This document shows positions 38,438-52,561 of a stretch of 64,000 bases of DNA, one piece after another. The stretch's first letter is position 1. Each line of letters opens with the position of its first letter. The translations under genes and the position numbers were made by a program. The notes below the pieces were generated by a model, which did not search any database, was not told where the DNA came from, and was given only the letters and a program-made list of their open reading frames with translations. Source of the stretch: Leucoraja erinacea (taxonomy: Eukaryota); the NCBI RefSeq assembly GCF_028641065.1, contig NC_073385.1:54002001-54066000 (forward strand), given 5' to 3'.

Positions 38438-38835
38438 AAGGACCTGCAGATGCTGGTTTATGGGGGGGAAAAAAAAACACAAAGTGCAGGGATAACTCGG
38501 TGGGTCAGGCAGCATCTATGGAGAGCATGGATAAATGACATTTAAGGTCTTTTCCAAACTTATTGTGGAGGAGGGGAGAACAATTTGAAATTCTTCAATC
38601 TTTTTGTCTCGCATCTTCTGTCTTTTCATTTTTGGCTTTGTCCACCATCTTCCTAGCAAAAACCTCCTTCATCTGTATCAAACTAATACTTGCCAGGGCT
38701 GCCTCTCCACTATTCTAGCTTTCTTTTCTCAAGCCAGCTACAAACAATCTGAAGTAGGGTCTCAACCCGAAATGTTACCTATCTATATTCTCCGAAGAGG
38801 CTGCCTGACCTGATGTTATTCCAGTACTTTATGAC
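38438..38835. mobile_element. Inverted pair of Penelope pLTRs
   Basis: Minus arm GGACCTGCAGATGCTGG..CAGGCAGCATCT and plus arm TCTGAAGTAGGGTCTCAACCCGAAATGTTACC. Confidence 0.65.
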
Positions 38836-39504
38836 ATTTTCTATGTTATTCCGATTCTTGAATATCTGGGGCCTTGACATTTCATGATCAATTTTAATGT
38901 TCATAGATATTAATTTACTATTTCACAATTACAAACATGCTATTGGAAAAGATTACCTAATTAGAAGTATTTTGTATTAAATAGTTAATCTTTGGGCTAA
39001 ATAAATGTGTTCACTGCTGTAGGGCCATGAATAATTGAAAATGGCGTAGGTATCAACGTTATATTGGTCAATATAATTAAGATATAAATCTTCCAGATGT
39101 TACAAATTTCAGAGCCAGTTTTCCTTTTAAGAACACTGTAGATTTAAACTACCAAGGTTGTATTATCAAGGGATGAAATGAAAATCAACCGTGGAGTGAT
39201 TGATGGGGGAAAGCACAAGGTCGAAAAACAAACGCAGCACTTCATTATCATTTTCACCTCTGGCACACCATATATGAAAGCGCTCAACTGAATTCCGGAT
39301 TATCCATTTTAACAGCACTTATTGATATCCCACAATCTCCAATATAGTGTCTACTTCCATTAGCAACTCTATCCTCTCAGAGTGATTTGTAAAAAAGTTA
39401 TTTCCAAAGTGCACTTCAGAAGATTCTGAAACACAAGGGAGTGCATACCATAAGTGCACTTGACCTGTGTACTATTTTCATGAAAATGCCTTGTGTTGGA
39501 CCCG

Positions 39505-39785
39505 AGTTTAGTTTAGAGATCCAGCACGGAACGAGGCCCTTCGGTTCGCACAGTCCCCACTGACCAGCGATCTCCACACATTAACAATACCCTACACATG
39601 CTGGGAACAATTTTTACATTTACATCAAGCCATTTAACCTACAAACCTGTATGTCTTTGGAGTGTGGGAGGAAGCCCACAAGGTCATGGGGAAACATACA
39701 ATCTCTGTACAGACAGCACCCTTAGTCGGGAACAAACCCGGGTTTCTGGCACTGTAAGATACCAACTCTACCGCTGCACCACTAT
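39505..39785 (-). mobile_element. HE1-type V-SINE
   Basis: Same family as 9185-9495. Confidence 0.8.
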
Positions 39786-39984
39786 TTGCCCACTTTTTAT
39801 ACCAGGTAAATAAACAGTGGACACAGTTCAGCTCCATAAGAGTCATACAGCATGGAAACGATTCAGCCCCCTATGTGCATACAGAACCCATCCACATGAA
39901 TCTCATTTTCTTTCAGGTTTTTATTTATTTGTTTTTTGGGGATCTGGGCATCAAGGCAGCATTTATTTCTCACGGCTATAGGTT

Positions 39985-40830
39985 TAATGGTGGATGGCTA
40001 TGGAGGCCAAAACATTAGGTATTTTGAAGCAGAGATTATTTGGTTCTTGATTATGAAGAGCGTCAAAGAATACGGGAAGAAGGCGGAGAATGGGCTTGAG
40101 AGGGAAAAATAGATCAACCATGATCGAATGGTGGAGTACACAATGGGCTGATTGGCCTAATTCTACCCCAATGTTTTATGATGTTATGGACATGAAGACG
40201 AGAGAAATTGGGACTGTTAGGGAGATGACTTGAGGACAATCTGTATTACAGTTGAGTTTGTCCTAATAGCTATGAAAGTAAATAAATCTCCCGGGCCTGA
40301 TTAGGTATATCGAAGGACACGTTAAGAAGTGAGAGAAGAAATTCTAAGAATCGTAGCTGAGTTATAGGAATTATTGTTGGAGATAGGTCAGATGCTGAAA
40401 GACTGGAAGACGGCTAATGGTTTGTGTCTTGTTAAGAAAGGCTGCAAGGAAAAACCTGGTAACTATATACACCAGTAAGCCGAACATCTGTGGTTGGAAA
40501 GTTATTGGAGAGGATTGTGAGGGATAATATATATATACCTTCATTTGGAAAGACTGGTTGATTAAGAATAGTCATCATGATTGTGTGCATGGAAGATTGT
40601 CTCTCATGGATTTGATTAATTTTATGAAGATGTAACCAAGAAAATTGATGTCAGAGCCTTAAACAACGTTGACTTCATTAAGGCTTTTGATAAGGTTCCT
40701 CCTGGAAAGCTGCTCTGGAAGGTGAGATTGCATGGAATTCAGAGAGAGCTAGCTAATGGGATACAGAATTGGCTTCATGGTTGGAAACAGGGTTGTATTG
40801 GACCTTAATTTCTTGAAGTGAAGGCCTGCA
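39985..40830 (+). mobile_element. CR1 fragments: 3' end, then a decayed RT N-terminal part
   Basis: KSPGPD, DWKTAN, KPGNY..TSVVGKLLERI, DFIKAFDKVP, WIQNWL motifs with stops and frameshifts. Confidence 0.8.
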
Positions 40831-41959
40831 CTCTGTATCTTCCCCTATGTTCTATCTACTGTACTTGAGTTTGAACATTGAATCGAAGTATGGAATATCT
40901 GATCTGTTTGGCCAGCATTCAAAACAAAGCTTTTCACTGTACCTCGGTACACATGACAATAATAATCTAACCTAACCTGATGATGTTTCGACGTCAGGAT
41001 TATCAGTTTCAAGAAGGGTCCTAACCCAAAACGCCAGCACATTTAAAATCTAAAGGAAGATTGACTCATTATCATCATAATACTATTTAAATTCATCCAA
41101 GGTCAGGAAAATTGGAAATGATCTTGAACCAACAGAGATTTGCCTATTTATAATATGAAAGCTGAGAGTAAAGAAAGTACAGTAAATCCTCGTTATAACG
41201 GACCATTGTAGGGGTAATGGTGTCCGTTGTTGCTGATTGTCCACCATAACTGAGTAATGAATTATCATTGCATAAGTAGTAGAAACAAACAACTTCTGGT
41301 TAATACACAAGGCACAACGTGCTGGAGTAATCCAGCAGGTCAGGCAGCATCTCTGGAGAATGAATTTGAGCCCCTTCTTCAGACTCTCGATTTGGAACTT
41401 GGCCTGGAATCCAGGTGAGAGGGGTGGATTTGCAGAGTGATGGTCATGGCCTGCAGGAATCCAGAGTGCAGGTAAGGGGTGATGGTGGTCCCCCATGCTG
41501 GCTTGGAAACGGCTGGGGGGACATGCCACCCAGCGGTGGCGTTGGCAGTCCGGCCCTGCAGAGAAGTTCGGTAGATCCGTCCACCATAACTGAAATCCAT
41601 TATGAAGAGGTCCGTAAAAACCAGGGCTTACAGAGGAAATAATGGAAGTTGAAATAAGGAACTCTTAAGACTCAGTCCTGATTTTTGGTCAGTGAGATAA
41701 GATGGAAATTTATGCATTCAGATTCAAAGCTAACATGGTTTGTATCCAATCTTGCTTAGCTTCAAACAATTAGCAAGCAAACCATGTAATGACTTACCAC
41801 ATCCAGTTTGACAAAAGTGAACCGAGTTTTAATAATTAGATATCCGGGTATCAGGTGATGGAGTTCTCGGGGTTTCAATACACCACAAAGCTGATAGAAA
41901 TAAAAAGTTGCCAAGGAAGTTGGAAAAATGGAGACCTATAAAACCATGAGGTGCTCTTA

Positions 41960-42240
41960 GACAATAGGTGCAGGAGCAGGCCATTTGGCCCTTCGAGCCA
42001 GCACCGCCATGCAATGTGATCATGGCTGATCATCCCCAATTAGTACCCCGTTCCTGCCTTCTCCCCATATCTCTTGACTCCGCTATTTTTAAGAGCCCTC
42101 CCTAGCTCTCTCTTGAAAGCATCCAGAGAACCTTCCTCCACCACCCTCTGAGGCAGAGAATTCCACAGACTCACCACTCTCTGTGAGAAAAAGTGTTTCC
42201 TTGTCTCTGTTCTAAATGGCTTACTCTTTATTCTTAAACT
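41960..42240 (-). mobile_element. CR1 LINE 3' end
   Basis: FFSQRVVSLWNSLPQ..FKREL..YGEKAGTGY. Confidence 0.85.
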
Positions 42241-43539
42241 TAATCTCTTCTTATTGTTTAGGAGCTCTAACATGTCCTAGTGAACAATAACAAGCTTTAA
42301 AACAGATGGTGGTCAGTGTAATTAAAATACCATGTATATACTGTAGCTTATTTTAAATTGGAAGCTTGATCACATCAAATTTCTGAATAAACCAAACTAT
42401 ATTAATTGCTGAAGTCTGAAGAAGGATCCCGACCTGAAAGTCATCTATCCATGCTCTCCAGAGATACTGCCTGACTCACAGAGTTACTCCAGCACGTTGT
42501 GTGTCTTCTTTTTTTGCAGTTCCTTGTTTCTCTGTATTTATTGCTTGTCCTTTAATGCAACACAGTACAAATTGTATATACAGTATAACCACTGGATTTC
42601 TTCACTTAACTTCATGGATACATATTCCTAAAGTTAACTTCCTTTTTTTATTAATGGTAAACAATCATCATCTCTCTTATTCCCACCACCTATTCCTACC
42701 ATTTATTCCAACTGCCTGTTCCCATCGCCCGTTCTCTGTAATTACATTTATATTAGTAATCTAGTCAGCCTTAACATTGCTATTATTCTGTAAATTCAAA
42801 TATGTACTGCAATACTGAGCAGATTCCAACACTAACTTTACACTAAGCTGTAGAACGTTGCAATTGAAAGTATCAATTAGACCATTGCATTAAATTGCAT
42901 TAGAGAAAAATAATCTCCCAGGTATTTTTGTAGTCTGAACAAAGAGTTCCATTATTGTCCTGTAACTGGCTGTGATGATTTGTATGAGTGCACTATAATA
43001 AAATTAAATAGATTAACTATCCTGATTTTCATTGTCAGTGCATCAACTTTTCTATTCAGTAAGAAAGGAAACTGCTGACTCGGGATATATCTGTATTAAA
43101 AGCTGCAGTGCACACCAACTTAGTCCTTTGATGGTCATTGGAAAGCTTGCTGAGCCTGGCTGAATTTTTGATTCCTGTATTGTGAACTTGGCTGTTTTTC
43201 AGAGTCATTTTGACAGCCATGGCCATTGTGGGGATACAGAGTTGAGGGAGCAAGGAGGAATTTGTAGTCAAAGTGGCTTGAGCAGACTTTTTTTGCTGTT
43301 TAAAAATTGATAGCTGTATTTTGATAAAGCTATTTGCACATCATAGGTTTTAGCCTTGGGGTACTTCCACTGATCTTTGAATGCTGGAGAGCTTTGCTTC
43401 ACAGGTATTCGCTGAAACCAGCATCGCAAGAATGTGTGGTTGTAATCGGACGAGGGCAAGCACAGTAAGAACCACCACTCCAGCTGTGGGGACTGCAGGA
43501 ACATGCGCAGCACAGCTTGGAGTTGCTTTCCACTTCACT

Positions 43540-43825
43540 TTAGTTTAATTTTTAGTTTAGAGATACAGAGTGAAAACAGGCCCTTCGGTCAACTGAGTCA
43601 GCACAGACCAGCGATCCCAGCATACTAACACTATCCTACACACACTAGGGACAATTTTCATGTATACCAAGCCAATTAACTTACAAACCTGAACGTCTTT
43701 GGAGTGTGGGAAGAAACTGAATATCTCGGAGAAAACCCACGCAGGTCATGGGGAGAATGTACAGACAACGCCCGTAGTCAGGATACAGTAAGGCAGTACC
43801 TCTACCGCTGTGCTATCGTGCCGCC
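43540..43825 (-). mobile_element. HE1-type V-SINE
   Basis: Same family as 9185-9495. Confidence 0.8.
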
Positions 43826-45074
43826 CCTAATTACTGCAAACATGGGCTTGCACGATTGGGAAAAGAGGACTAAAGATGTGGGGCTGCAGAAGGTCCACTG
43901 CAATTTCTCACATGTTCTTGCAAAGCTGATTTCAGCAACCACCTTTGAGGCTCCCAGTAGGCTGTGGACTGCAAGGAGTGAACCGGCCACCGTTCGGAGG
44001 TCCTGACAGACAGCGGCTTGCAGGAAGAGAGCCGCCGAACTGGCCCGTGCTCGTCTCCCACGGCCAAACGCAAGATCCAGTGGTCCGCAGCCTTCAGGAG
44101 GAAAGTTGCCGTGCCGGCTCCTACTCTTCCCCCGAAGACTGGGGATGGAGGATAGAGCCAGTGTCGGTGACAACAACAGATGCAGCAGGCGAGGATCAAG
44201 CCTGGTAGTAGAGGGAACCGTGGTCTAGCCTGCCATGTCCTCAAGGTCCACTGCGGGAGGCGCCCCCAGGGCACAAGGGTGTGGAGAAGGATGTCACGTC
44301 CAAGGAAGGCACTGGCTGGTGGCCCGCAGCAACTTTGAGCTTGGCTGGATCGGGCGCTGCTCATAAGAACTAAAGTCTAGAATGGAATTTGAAAATGGGG
44401 TCAAAACATGCAAGCACAGTGGGCTATTTCTCTACAATTGCTCATCGAAGCTATGCTTAGGTCTGGGAATTCTGTACTGGACTGTATGTACGAAAATGCA
44501 CCAATGAACCATTTCTCAGAATAAATTCCAGGCTGGTTTTCTAGATAAGATGCAAGGAGGTATGGATTTAAATTAATCACAGTAGGATTGGGGGGAGCTG
44601 AGAAAGGAATGTTTTACTCATTGTGTGGTGGGGATCTGGATCCCATGACCTGAAATCCTCACCATCTTTAAAAAGTATCTGGGTGAGCACAAGGACCACA
44701 ATCTGCCATTTTACTGAGTCTACACTAGCCATCGTACCATTTCCAATAATCCTACACCAATCCAATATTCCCATCAGCTACCCTGCCCTCCTCTGCCCTG
44801 ATTCTAGCACTCACTTATAGCAGTGATGAATAACTCACCAACCTGCATGTACTTGGAATGTGGAAAGAGTAGAGGAAACCCCTGCTGCCCTCAGGAAAAC
44901 ATGCAAAGTCCACATATGCAAATCCGGAGATCAGGATTTATCCCGGGTAACAACAGGAGCCAGATTGACAGGGCACTGTAAACTGCCCCTAATGTAGTTG
45001 AGTTGCAGGGAAAACTTGTGGGCATGTATGACAGTATGTATGACAGAATAGGTTGCAGGATAGAGTAATAAAGG

Positions 45075-45290
45075 AGACATGGTGGCGCAGTGGTAAAGTT
45101 GCTGGCTTACAGCGCTAGAGGCCCAGGTTTGATGGGTGCTGTCTGTATGCTGTCTGTATGTTCTCCCTGGGCAGTTGGCTTCTGCAAATTGTCCCTAATG
45201 TGCAGGTTAGAACTAGTTTATGGGGTGATCGCTAGTTGGCACAGATTCGGTGGGCCGAAGAGCATATTTCCACACTGCATCTCGAAGGTG
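45075..45290 (+). mobile_element. HE1-type V-SINE, internally deleted
   Basis: GGTGGCGCAGTGGTAAAGTTGCTG head and GGTGGGCCGAAG tail. Confidence 0.7.
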
Positions 45291-45307
45291 TAATGGTTGG
45301 AGGATAA

Positions 45308-45720
45308 CTAGACTGTGCAGACTCGTTGGGTCTGCTCCCCCTACGCAATATTCCACCACTCATGCATAGCCCCCAACTGCGGAGGTGCGGCTCATTGCCT
45401 CTCACCCCCCAGCACTACCTCCCCCTCCTCTTCACCCTCCCTCTTCTTTCCCCTCTCCTCTTGCCTTCCCCCAATCCCTCCCTCACCTCTCACTCCTTTC
45501 TCCCACCCTCAGTCACTCCCTCCTGCCATAACTGCTCTTCCCTCTCTACCCCCTCCTATCCCACTCCTCACCTCCCCAAATCTCCCACTATCCCTCCTGA
45601 CCCCCACTTCCCCCTTCTCCCTCCCTACCCCCCCTCCTCTCCCCATCCCCCCCCCCCCACTCTCCTTCCTCACCTCTCCCTCCCTATCATTTGCCCTACC
45701 CTCAGTCACTCCCTCCCTCC
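45308..45720 (-). mobile_element. Helitron 3' end (variant hairpin) with a long purine/pyrimidine tract
   Basis: Minus strand GCAGACCC-AAC-GAGTCTGC hairpin then CTAG|T; GGTGGAATATTGCG shared with 17078-17091; C/T-rich tract 45400-45720. Confidence 0.6.
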
Positions 45721-47184
45721 ATAAAAAGCAGCATCTGCAGTTCCTTTCTCCACTGGTCATTCATTGTTAGCTGTGATTTAGGACTCGTTGACTTGACTCG
45801 TGCGTGTGTCTGCGTGTGTGTGCGAGCGCTCTCTTGGTGAATACTCAGTAGATTTCAAACATCTTTGGAATAAATGTTATCCTTGATTTCTTTGCTCGTT
45901 GGACACAATGGTCTCTGATATTTTCCAGTTGCTTTTAAGAGTTTTTATTCCAGTGAATTTATACACATCAAGGTGAGATACATCAGTGAGATATCGAACA
46001 ATATTCCATTTGGGAATCGATTATGAGCATCAAGCACTCCCAAGGCAGGTATAAACCATTCAAGTGCATGTGAAAAGCTTCTTCGCCTAAGTCATACACA
46101 CAGAATGTTATTACCTACTACATTCATGTCACATCCTATTTTATCTGAATAAGGCAACTAGTTTGACATTGTATATTCCATGCCTATCAGAGTAAATGGT
46201 GATCTATACTTATTTCAGTAATCAAAAAAACCAGCATATTTGAACATCTCCAGATTCGGCAACAGTTTCTTCCCAGCTGTTATCAGGCAACTAAACTGTC
46301 CTCTCACCCACTACATTGTGGTCCTGACCTACCATCTATCTCATTGGAAACCTTTCATCAGACTTTGTCTTGCACTAAATAATATACCTTCATCCTGTAT
46401 CGGTATACTATGGAGATCTTGATTGTAATCATGTACCACCATCTTATAGACTGAATAACACACAACAAAAAAGCTTTTCACTGTACCTCGGTACACGTGA
46501 CAATAAACTCAACTAAATGAGAAGGGCTAAATTGAAGCAAAGCACAAACTTGTAAAGGAATTATTGTGGAATGATAAACCTGCGAACCTTCGTTTTCTTG
46601 CTTGCAGGTTGGTAAATTTGGACTATTTTTATGACTACTATATCTCGAAATTATCACAATTTGTTTACCAGAAGATACAGGAGGCCATTCAGTCCATAGG
46701 GTTTGTGCCAGTGGAAAAAGACCTACCCAGCCTTGCCCCACTGTCACGTTTTAAATCTAACCCCGTAAGTTACAATTACTCCAATACATATCCACCTTAA
46801 AATTGTGATGAGCGTTTTGGCGTTCTAATCATTCCAGGTTGTGAATTCCAAATCTCTATTGTCCCCAGGTGAAAAATATTTCCTCATCTACACTTTAATC
46901 CTTCTACCGATTAGATCCATGCACCGGGTTTTAAACCACTATATGCCCTTCCTATTACTTGACTGGGGTCCAGAGAGTACTTTATGAATTGATGCTGTTT
47001 TGTGGATGATTGCTAGCTAAACGTTTGAGGAAATCGTGGGAGGAGGTGGCTGATCTAGCACTCTGGTGCCAGGCTCCTCTTTTGAAAAACTGATCATGGA
47101 CTTTAGGAGGGCACATATTTGTACACTCCAGATAAAATCCTGTTTTTTCTGTGATATGAATGGGCATCAAGCCTCAGCATGGTA

Positions 47185-47760
47185 GGCAGCGCCTTTACCA
47201 CCTCAGGCAATTGAGGAAATTCAGAGAGATCCTCCAGTGCTTCTACGCAGCAGCGGTGGAAAGCATCTTGTCCGGGAACATTACCATCTGGTTTGGGAAT
47301 TGCACTGCCATGGACAAGAAGGCTCTGCAGAGAGTTGTGCGTTCGGCCAAACGCACTATGGGAACTTCACTCGCCCTACTACAGGAACTATACAACAGGA
47401 GGTGCAACTCCAGAGCCAACAATATCATGAGAGACCCCCTTCCACCCCTGCAACGGACTGTTCCAGCTGCTACGGTCAGGCAAATGCCTCCGTTGCCATG
47501 CGGTGAGAACGGAGAGGTTGAGAAGGAGTTTCTTCCCAGAGGCAATTCGGACTGTAAACGCCTACCTCACCAGGGACTAACTCTACTGAACGTTTTTCCT
47601 TCCATTATTTATTAGTAAAAGCATATGTGTGTTAGATTGTGTTTATAATTTGTTTGGTTTGTTTTGTTGTTTGTCTTTTGCACAAAACAGCACTATGCCA
47701 CTTTCATTTCACTGCACATCTCGTATGTTATGTGACAAATAAATGACTTAGACTTGAATT
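47185..47760 (+). mobile_element. Rex1/Babar-type LINE 3' end
   Basis: QRLYHLRQLRKF..VESILSGNITIWFGNC..ALQRVVRSA; tail TGTGACAAATAAA..GACTT repeats. Confidence 0.8.
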
Positions 47761-49479
47761 GCATTGGCTTTTTTTGAGTATTTCAGAAATTTTTAGTGAA
47801 AGATGTATGGTACAGAAGGGAGAGATCCTGCATCTGCACAAGGTATCAGATACTCAAGAACATGCTCAGGAAGCACCTCCAGTTTAAATTCCTTTTGGAA
47901 TATTTTGGAGGTCCAAGAAACCAAGAGCAAAGAACAGTGGAACAGAATTATTGCTTTTTAGGTGAAATGTAGAAAGAAGGTGAGTAATTTCAAGTTCAAA
48001 TGCCGCCATTGGATCCAGTGACTCATCCACCTATAATATCTATCAGTTGGGACTCTCACGCATTGACTAGGCCTCGTATTAGCAGCACATTCTTCTATTG
48101 CAAACTCAAACCCATATCCCAACAATTTGCACATCCTCAATCAGACACAATGTACGGTACTGGGGCAAACATTGTGGAAAACTTTGGACAGCAAACTAAA
48201 AAAACATCCATGTCATTGTAATTTAAGCACAAGATGAGAGCATCCCTGCATCAGTAGTAGAGGCATCTCTGAGTCAGTAGGCACTGAAGCAATCAATGTT
48301 GATGGTATCTGAATAATTCTCCTGCTCTATTTTTATTTATCCCACATTCTCTTCCCTCAAGGAAGCTACAAAGATAATAAACTTGCACAGAGTAGTTTAC
48401 CCTAACTGAAGCCTTGCTATCATAAACTTGCACAGTTTACCATAACTCAAGCCTCGTTACCATTTCATTTTCACCTACCTGAGAACTTTGGGGGGGGAAA
48501 AAAAGAAAGTTTGAAAGCACACTGTATCTCTAAATAGAAAAAAAACATCTCATCTGATGTTGCAGTTGAACCTCCACTGGACTTCTGCGCAGATATACTG
48601 AATGAAAACATCAGAGAAAGAAAAAGGAATAAGGCATTCAGTGAGATCATGACTGACCTTTTAGCTCAGTTCTGCTTTCCTGCACTAATTCAACATCCCG
48701 TGCGTTTCTGAATATCGAAGGCAAACGAGGGACTGTTACCAAGTAGAACTGCAGCCCACTTTGGAGCCCAAGCAGCTCAACATGATTGACTCAGGAAGGT
48801 GCTAACATGGCTATTCATGGTATATCTACCCTGAATGTCTTATTCACAGCATTAGCAATAATGTGCTTCACCATGATATTTCCATGTAACCCATTCATAT
48901 ATTACAAGGAAACTTTGATCACTGTTCCATTTTGTAGTTCTCCATGTTGTTGTGTGAATACATTCCTCACAGCTTGTTTGGTGAACAAATTCTGGGTTGG
49001 TTGGTTGATGCAGTTTTTTAAAATTCTGAGTTTCTGTTCAGCTTCTCAGCTGGGTATGATGTATGACTGATTTTTGCTTCAACTATATAATGATCTTTGA
49101 ATTACTCATCCTAAACGATAGGAAAGAAAACCAGATCAAATACAGCTTTTCACTGTGGGGGTGATATTTTTGTGAATACCTTAAGCATTTGGCTTTCACA
49201 ATGTGCTTGAAACATGGTGATAATTCTCTGACCAACTCAATCACCTGAGAAGAAACGTAAAAACTGGATTCATTGATCTGAGTTCCAGCGTATTTCAGAC
49301 TTTGGAGCTCTGAGACAGCAGTCCCTTTTAACATGTTGCCCACCAAAGGTACAGTATATTTCAGGACAGCTGCATTTATGAAGAGCTGTTCACATCCCTG
49401 AAATGGCGCAAAAATGCTTCCAGCCAACTACCTATGGAATTGTAGTCACTGATGATATATTGGCAGACTTGGGAGCTAC

Positions 49480-49790
49480 TTTTAGATTAGAGATACAGCA
49501 CGGAAACAGGCCCTTCAGCCCATTAATTCAATGCAGACAAGACCATCGATCATCCATTCACACTGGTTCTATGTTATCCCACTTTCTCATCCACTCCCTA
49601 CCTACAGGGGCCAATTAACCTACAAACCCGCCAGTCTTTGGGGTGTGGGAGGAAACCGGAGCACCCTGAGAACACCTATGTAGTCACAGGAAGAACATAC
49701 AAACTCCACGCAGACAGCATCAGGTGTCCACATTGAACCAGGCCTCTGGCACCAAGAGGCAGCAGCATGTCCAGATGCACCACTGTGCCA
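49480..49790 (-). mobile_element. HE1-type V-SINE
   Basis: Family tail and V-domain on the minus strand. Confidence 0.75.
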
Positions 49791-51344
49791 TACATTTACA
49801 GCAGACAAGATGGCAAAATCAGATGAGATGTATCTGAAGGGAGTTAGGGTTAAAGCGGTGCTGTCATTTTGAAATGCAAACAACTTTAACAAAGATCAAT
49901 TAATTCATCTGCTTTGGTAGTTGTGATTAGCAGACTAATGCTAGCGGACACATTTAAAAAGTCCTGCACAATGGCACAAAGGTCCAATGGAGCTTTGCGA
50001 CATTTTTGCCATTGTTTAGATATTTGATTAACAATTCGATTTTTGTGATAAATTTATTTCAAACACACATGGCTTAAATATGTCTCGGAGCAATTTTAAG
50101 GCAAAATTGGAAAAAGTCATTCTAAAAACTGCTGGCTGATTGTACTTTTCAACAAAATGCTAATTTATTTTAGAAGTATCTTGAGAGAATAAAACTTCTC
50201 GTGTTTTGTGGAAATGTGGAGACATTGTGCACTTGGATCGCTAACTGCATCTGAAGTGAAAACTCCCATGGGTCTATCCTTGTTTTTCTAGGTAATATAA
50301 CTTGAGGAGTGGTGTTTGTCTAAAATATAATTGCACCTCAACTAAGATTCAGATTTTGTTTAAAAATAAGCCCTCTGGTTAGATAGTTGAATGGTGCACA
50401 GTGTAGCTTTTGGATTGCTGAATGCAAAAGAAAATCAGCTTGTCTACCTGTATAAGAAATTGTAATTCTGTAACTAATTGAGAGGACCTTGTGTTGCACA
50501 GGGTCAGAACTGGGAGTTGCATCTCTAAGAAAGAAAAAAAATCTGTATTAACAGGGATATTTTTAAAAACATGTGCTGGCCATTTGTGCTTTTCAAGACC
50601 GGAACTTTCAGATAAAATTTTGTTTGGAAGGTCAGATTTGCATTGTTATAGGGCTATCATATTTACATTACTGGGGTTCAAATCAATAAAGTTTGGGATC
50701 CCTTGCTACCTACAAATGTGTGATGGCAGCAGATTATTCCAGTTTCTTCGCAGATAGACAGAAAATGCTGGAATAACTCAGTGAAACAGGCAGCAACTCT
50801 GGAGAGAAGGAGTGGGTGGTGTTTCAAGTCTAGACCCTATTCCAGTTTCTTCCATCTACATCCATGTATTTTAGGTTGAAAGCTCATGAAAGTTTCATCA
50901 AAACCTCTCCATTAAACACAATAAATTTTAGGATAGTACCTGACTCTGTAGAGGTGATAGAGATTCTTGCCAAAGCTAGCAGCAATTTAAATCTTGGGAT
51001 TGTGAGATCTGATAATGTCTGGTCTTAGCCCGAGTAATGTGAATCTATCATGTGCTATCCGAGGGAACATCCACAAAGTAATGCATGGCATTGTCTACAG
51101 GTTATTGTTCCCAAATAACCTAATAGTTGCATTGATGGCAATGTATGGAGAGATATGACAACATTTAAGGGTGGCTTTAAAAATTGTACATGTATGGATG
51201 AAATAAACTGATATAGACTGCTGCCATATCAGGCAGTGAAGTGTTTCTGTCTCAAAGGGTTTCAACTCCTATATACTGTAGCTGGTAGCCTTAACATTTG
51301 CTTATGTTGTGAAAAGTGAATTGAAGAAAACTAACAGCCATTGG

Positions 51345-51800
51345 AGTCATACAGCATGGAAACAGACCCTTTGGTCCAACTTGCCCACACTGACCAAGTT
51401 GTCTCACCTACACTAGTCCTACCTGCCTGCCTTTGACTCGGATTCCTCTAAACCTATTCTATCCATGTACCTGTCTAAATGCTTCTTAAACATAACAATA
51501 GCACCTGCCTCAACTACCTCCTCCAGAAGCTTATTCCATACACCCACCACCCTTTGTGTGAAAACATTACCCTTCGGGTTCCTATTAAATCTTTCCCCCT
51601 TCAACTTAAGCCTATGTCCTCTGGTTCTTGAGTTACCTACTCTGGGCAAGAGACTGTGCGTTAACCTGATCAATTCCTCTCATGATCTTGAACACCTCTT
51701 TGAGATAACCCCTTATCCTCCTGCACGCTAAGGAATATCCTAGCCTGTTCAACCTCTCCCTATAGCTGAGGACTTCAAGTCCTGGCAACATCCTCGTAAA
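51345..51800 (-). mobile_element. CR1 LINE 3' end
   Basis: LSYRERLNRLG..SRTRGH..FTQRVVGVWN..FKKHLDRYM. Confidence 0.85.
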
Positions 51801-52561
51801 GGATTGCCCTTCCAAAAAGATGTGTAAAGATAAAGGAATATTTGGAAGTGGTGGCAGTGATACACAAACTTGTTTGGAACATGTAACATCGGTAGGTGTT
51901 GATTTAGATGAAAATACTAAGTATTACTTTGCTGTGCTTTTCTTCCATAGACAGGACCTGTACAATCTTTTATAAGATTAGAGCTGGAAGCTGTTGGCTC
52001 TATCTAAAATCACTGAGCCTATTTCGAAAGATGCAAGGAGATAGAGAACTGACAGATCTACTATGTTAAAGTGGGAGCAGGGACGAAAAATGTTTGACTT
52101 TTTTGGGTAATTCTGTCAAGGAAAAAAAAACGGGCAAAGAAATAACTGCATGCATTAAAATAGGTAAAAATAAAAAAAGGAGACTGTTATCCTTGTGATA
52201 GGTCTGTCTTCATACAATTTCAGGCTTAAATAGCAATTTAATGTACCACAAATCCATTTTGAATGCATTAGATAACTAGTTACTGTAGAGGGCAGAGTGG
52301 TATCTCATAAGTTCTACCAGAAACCAAGTCACTGAATTTCACTTGACAGAGAGAGGCAGATGCTCCATCAAATACATTGCTGTAAATGTCATTCCTGGCA
52401 AAACCAGAAATGATTTAATTATGATCAGATTTCATTTTTTTAACTGCTAGGTGTTGTCTGAGCATGTGATTTCTATATGTTTTGCTTACATTTGTATATT
52501 ATTTGCATACAATTTTGCCCAAGGAATGTCAGGTGTAATTGATATTTTTTTACCCTTGTGT

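Noticed and set aside
41180-41635. Tigger/pogo-like DNA transposon (TA-CAGTAAATCCTCGTTATAACGGAC)
   Set aside because: Left end is suggestive but the right TIR is too decayed to call.
45315-45770. Proline/serine-rich protein
   Set aside because: Translation of a low-complexity pyrimidine tract.
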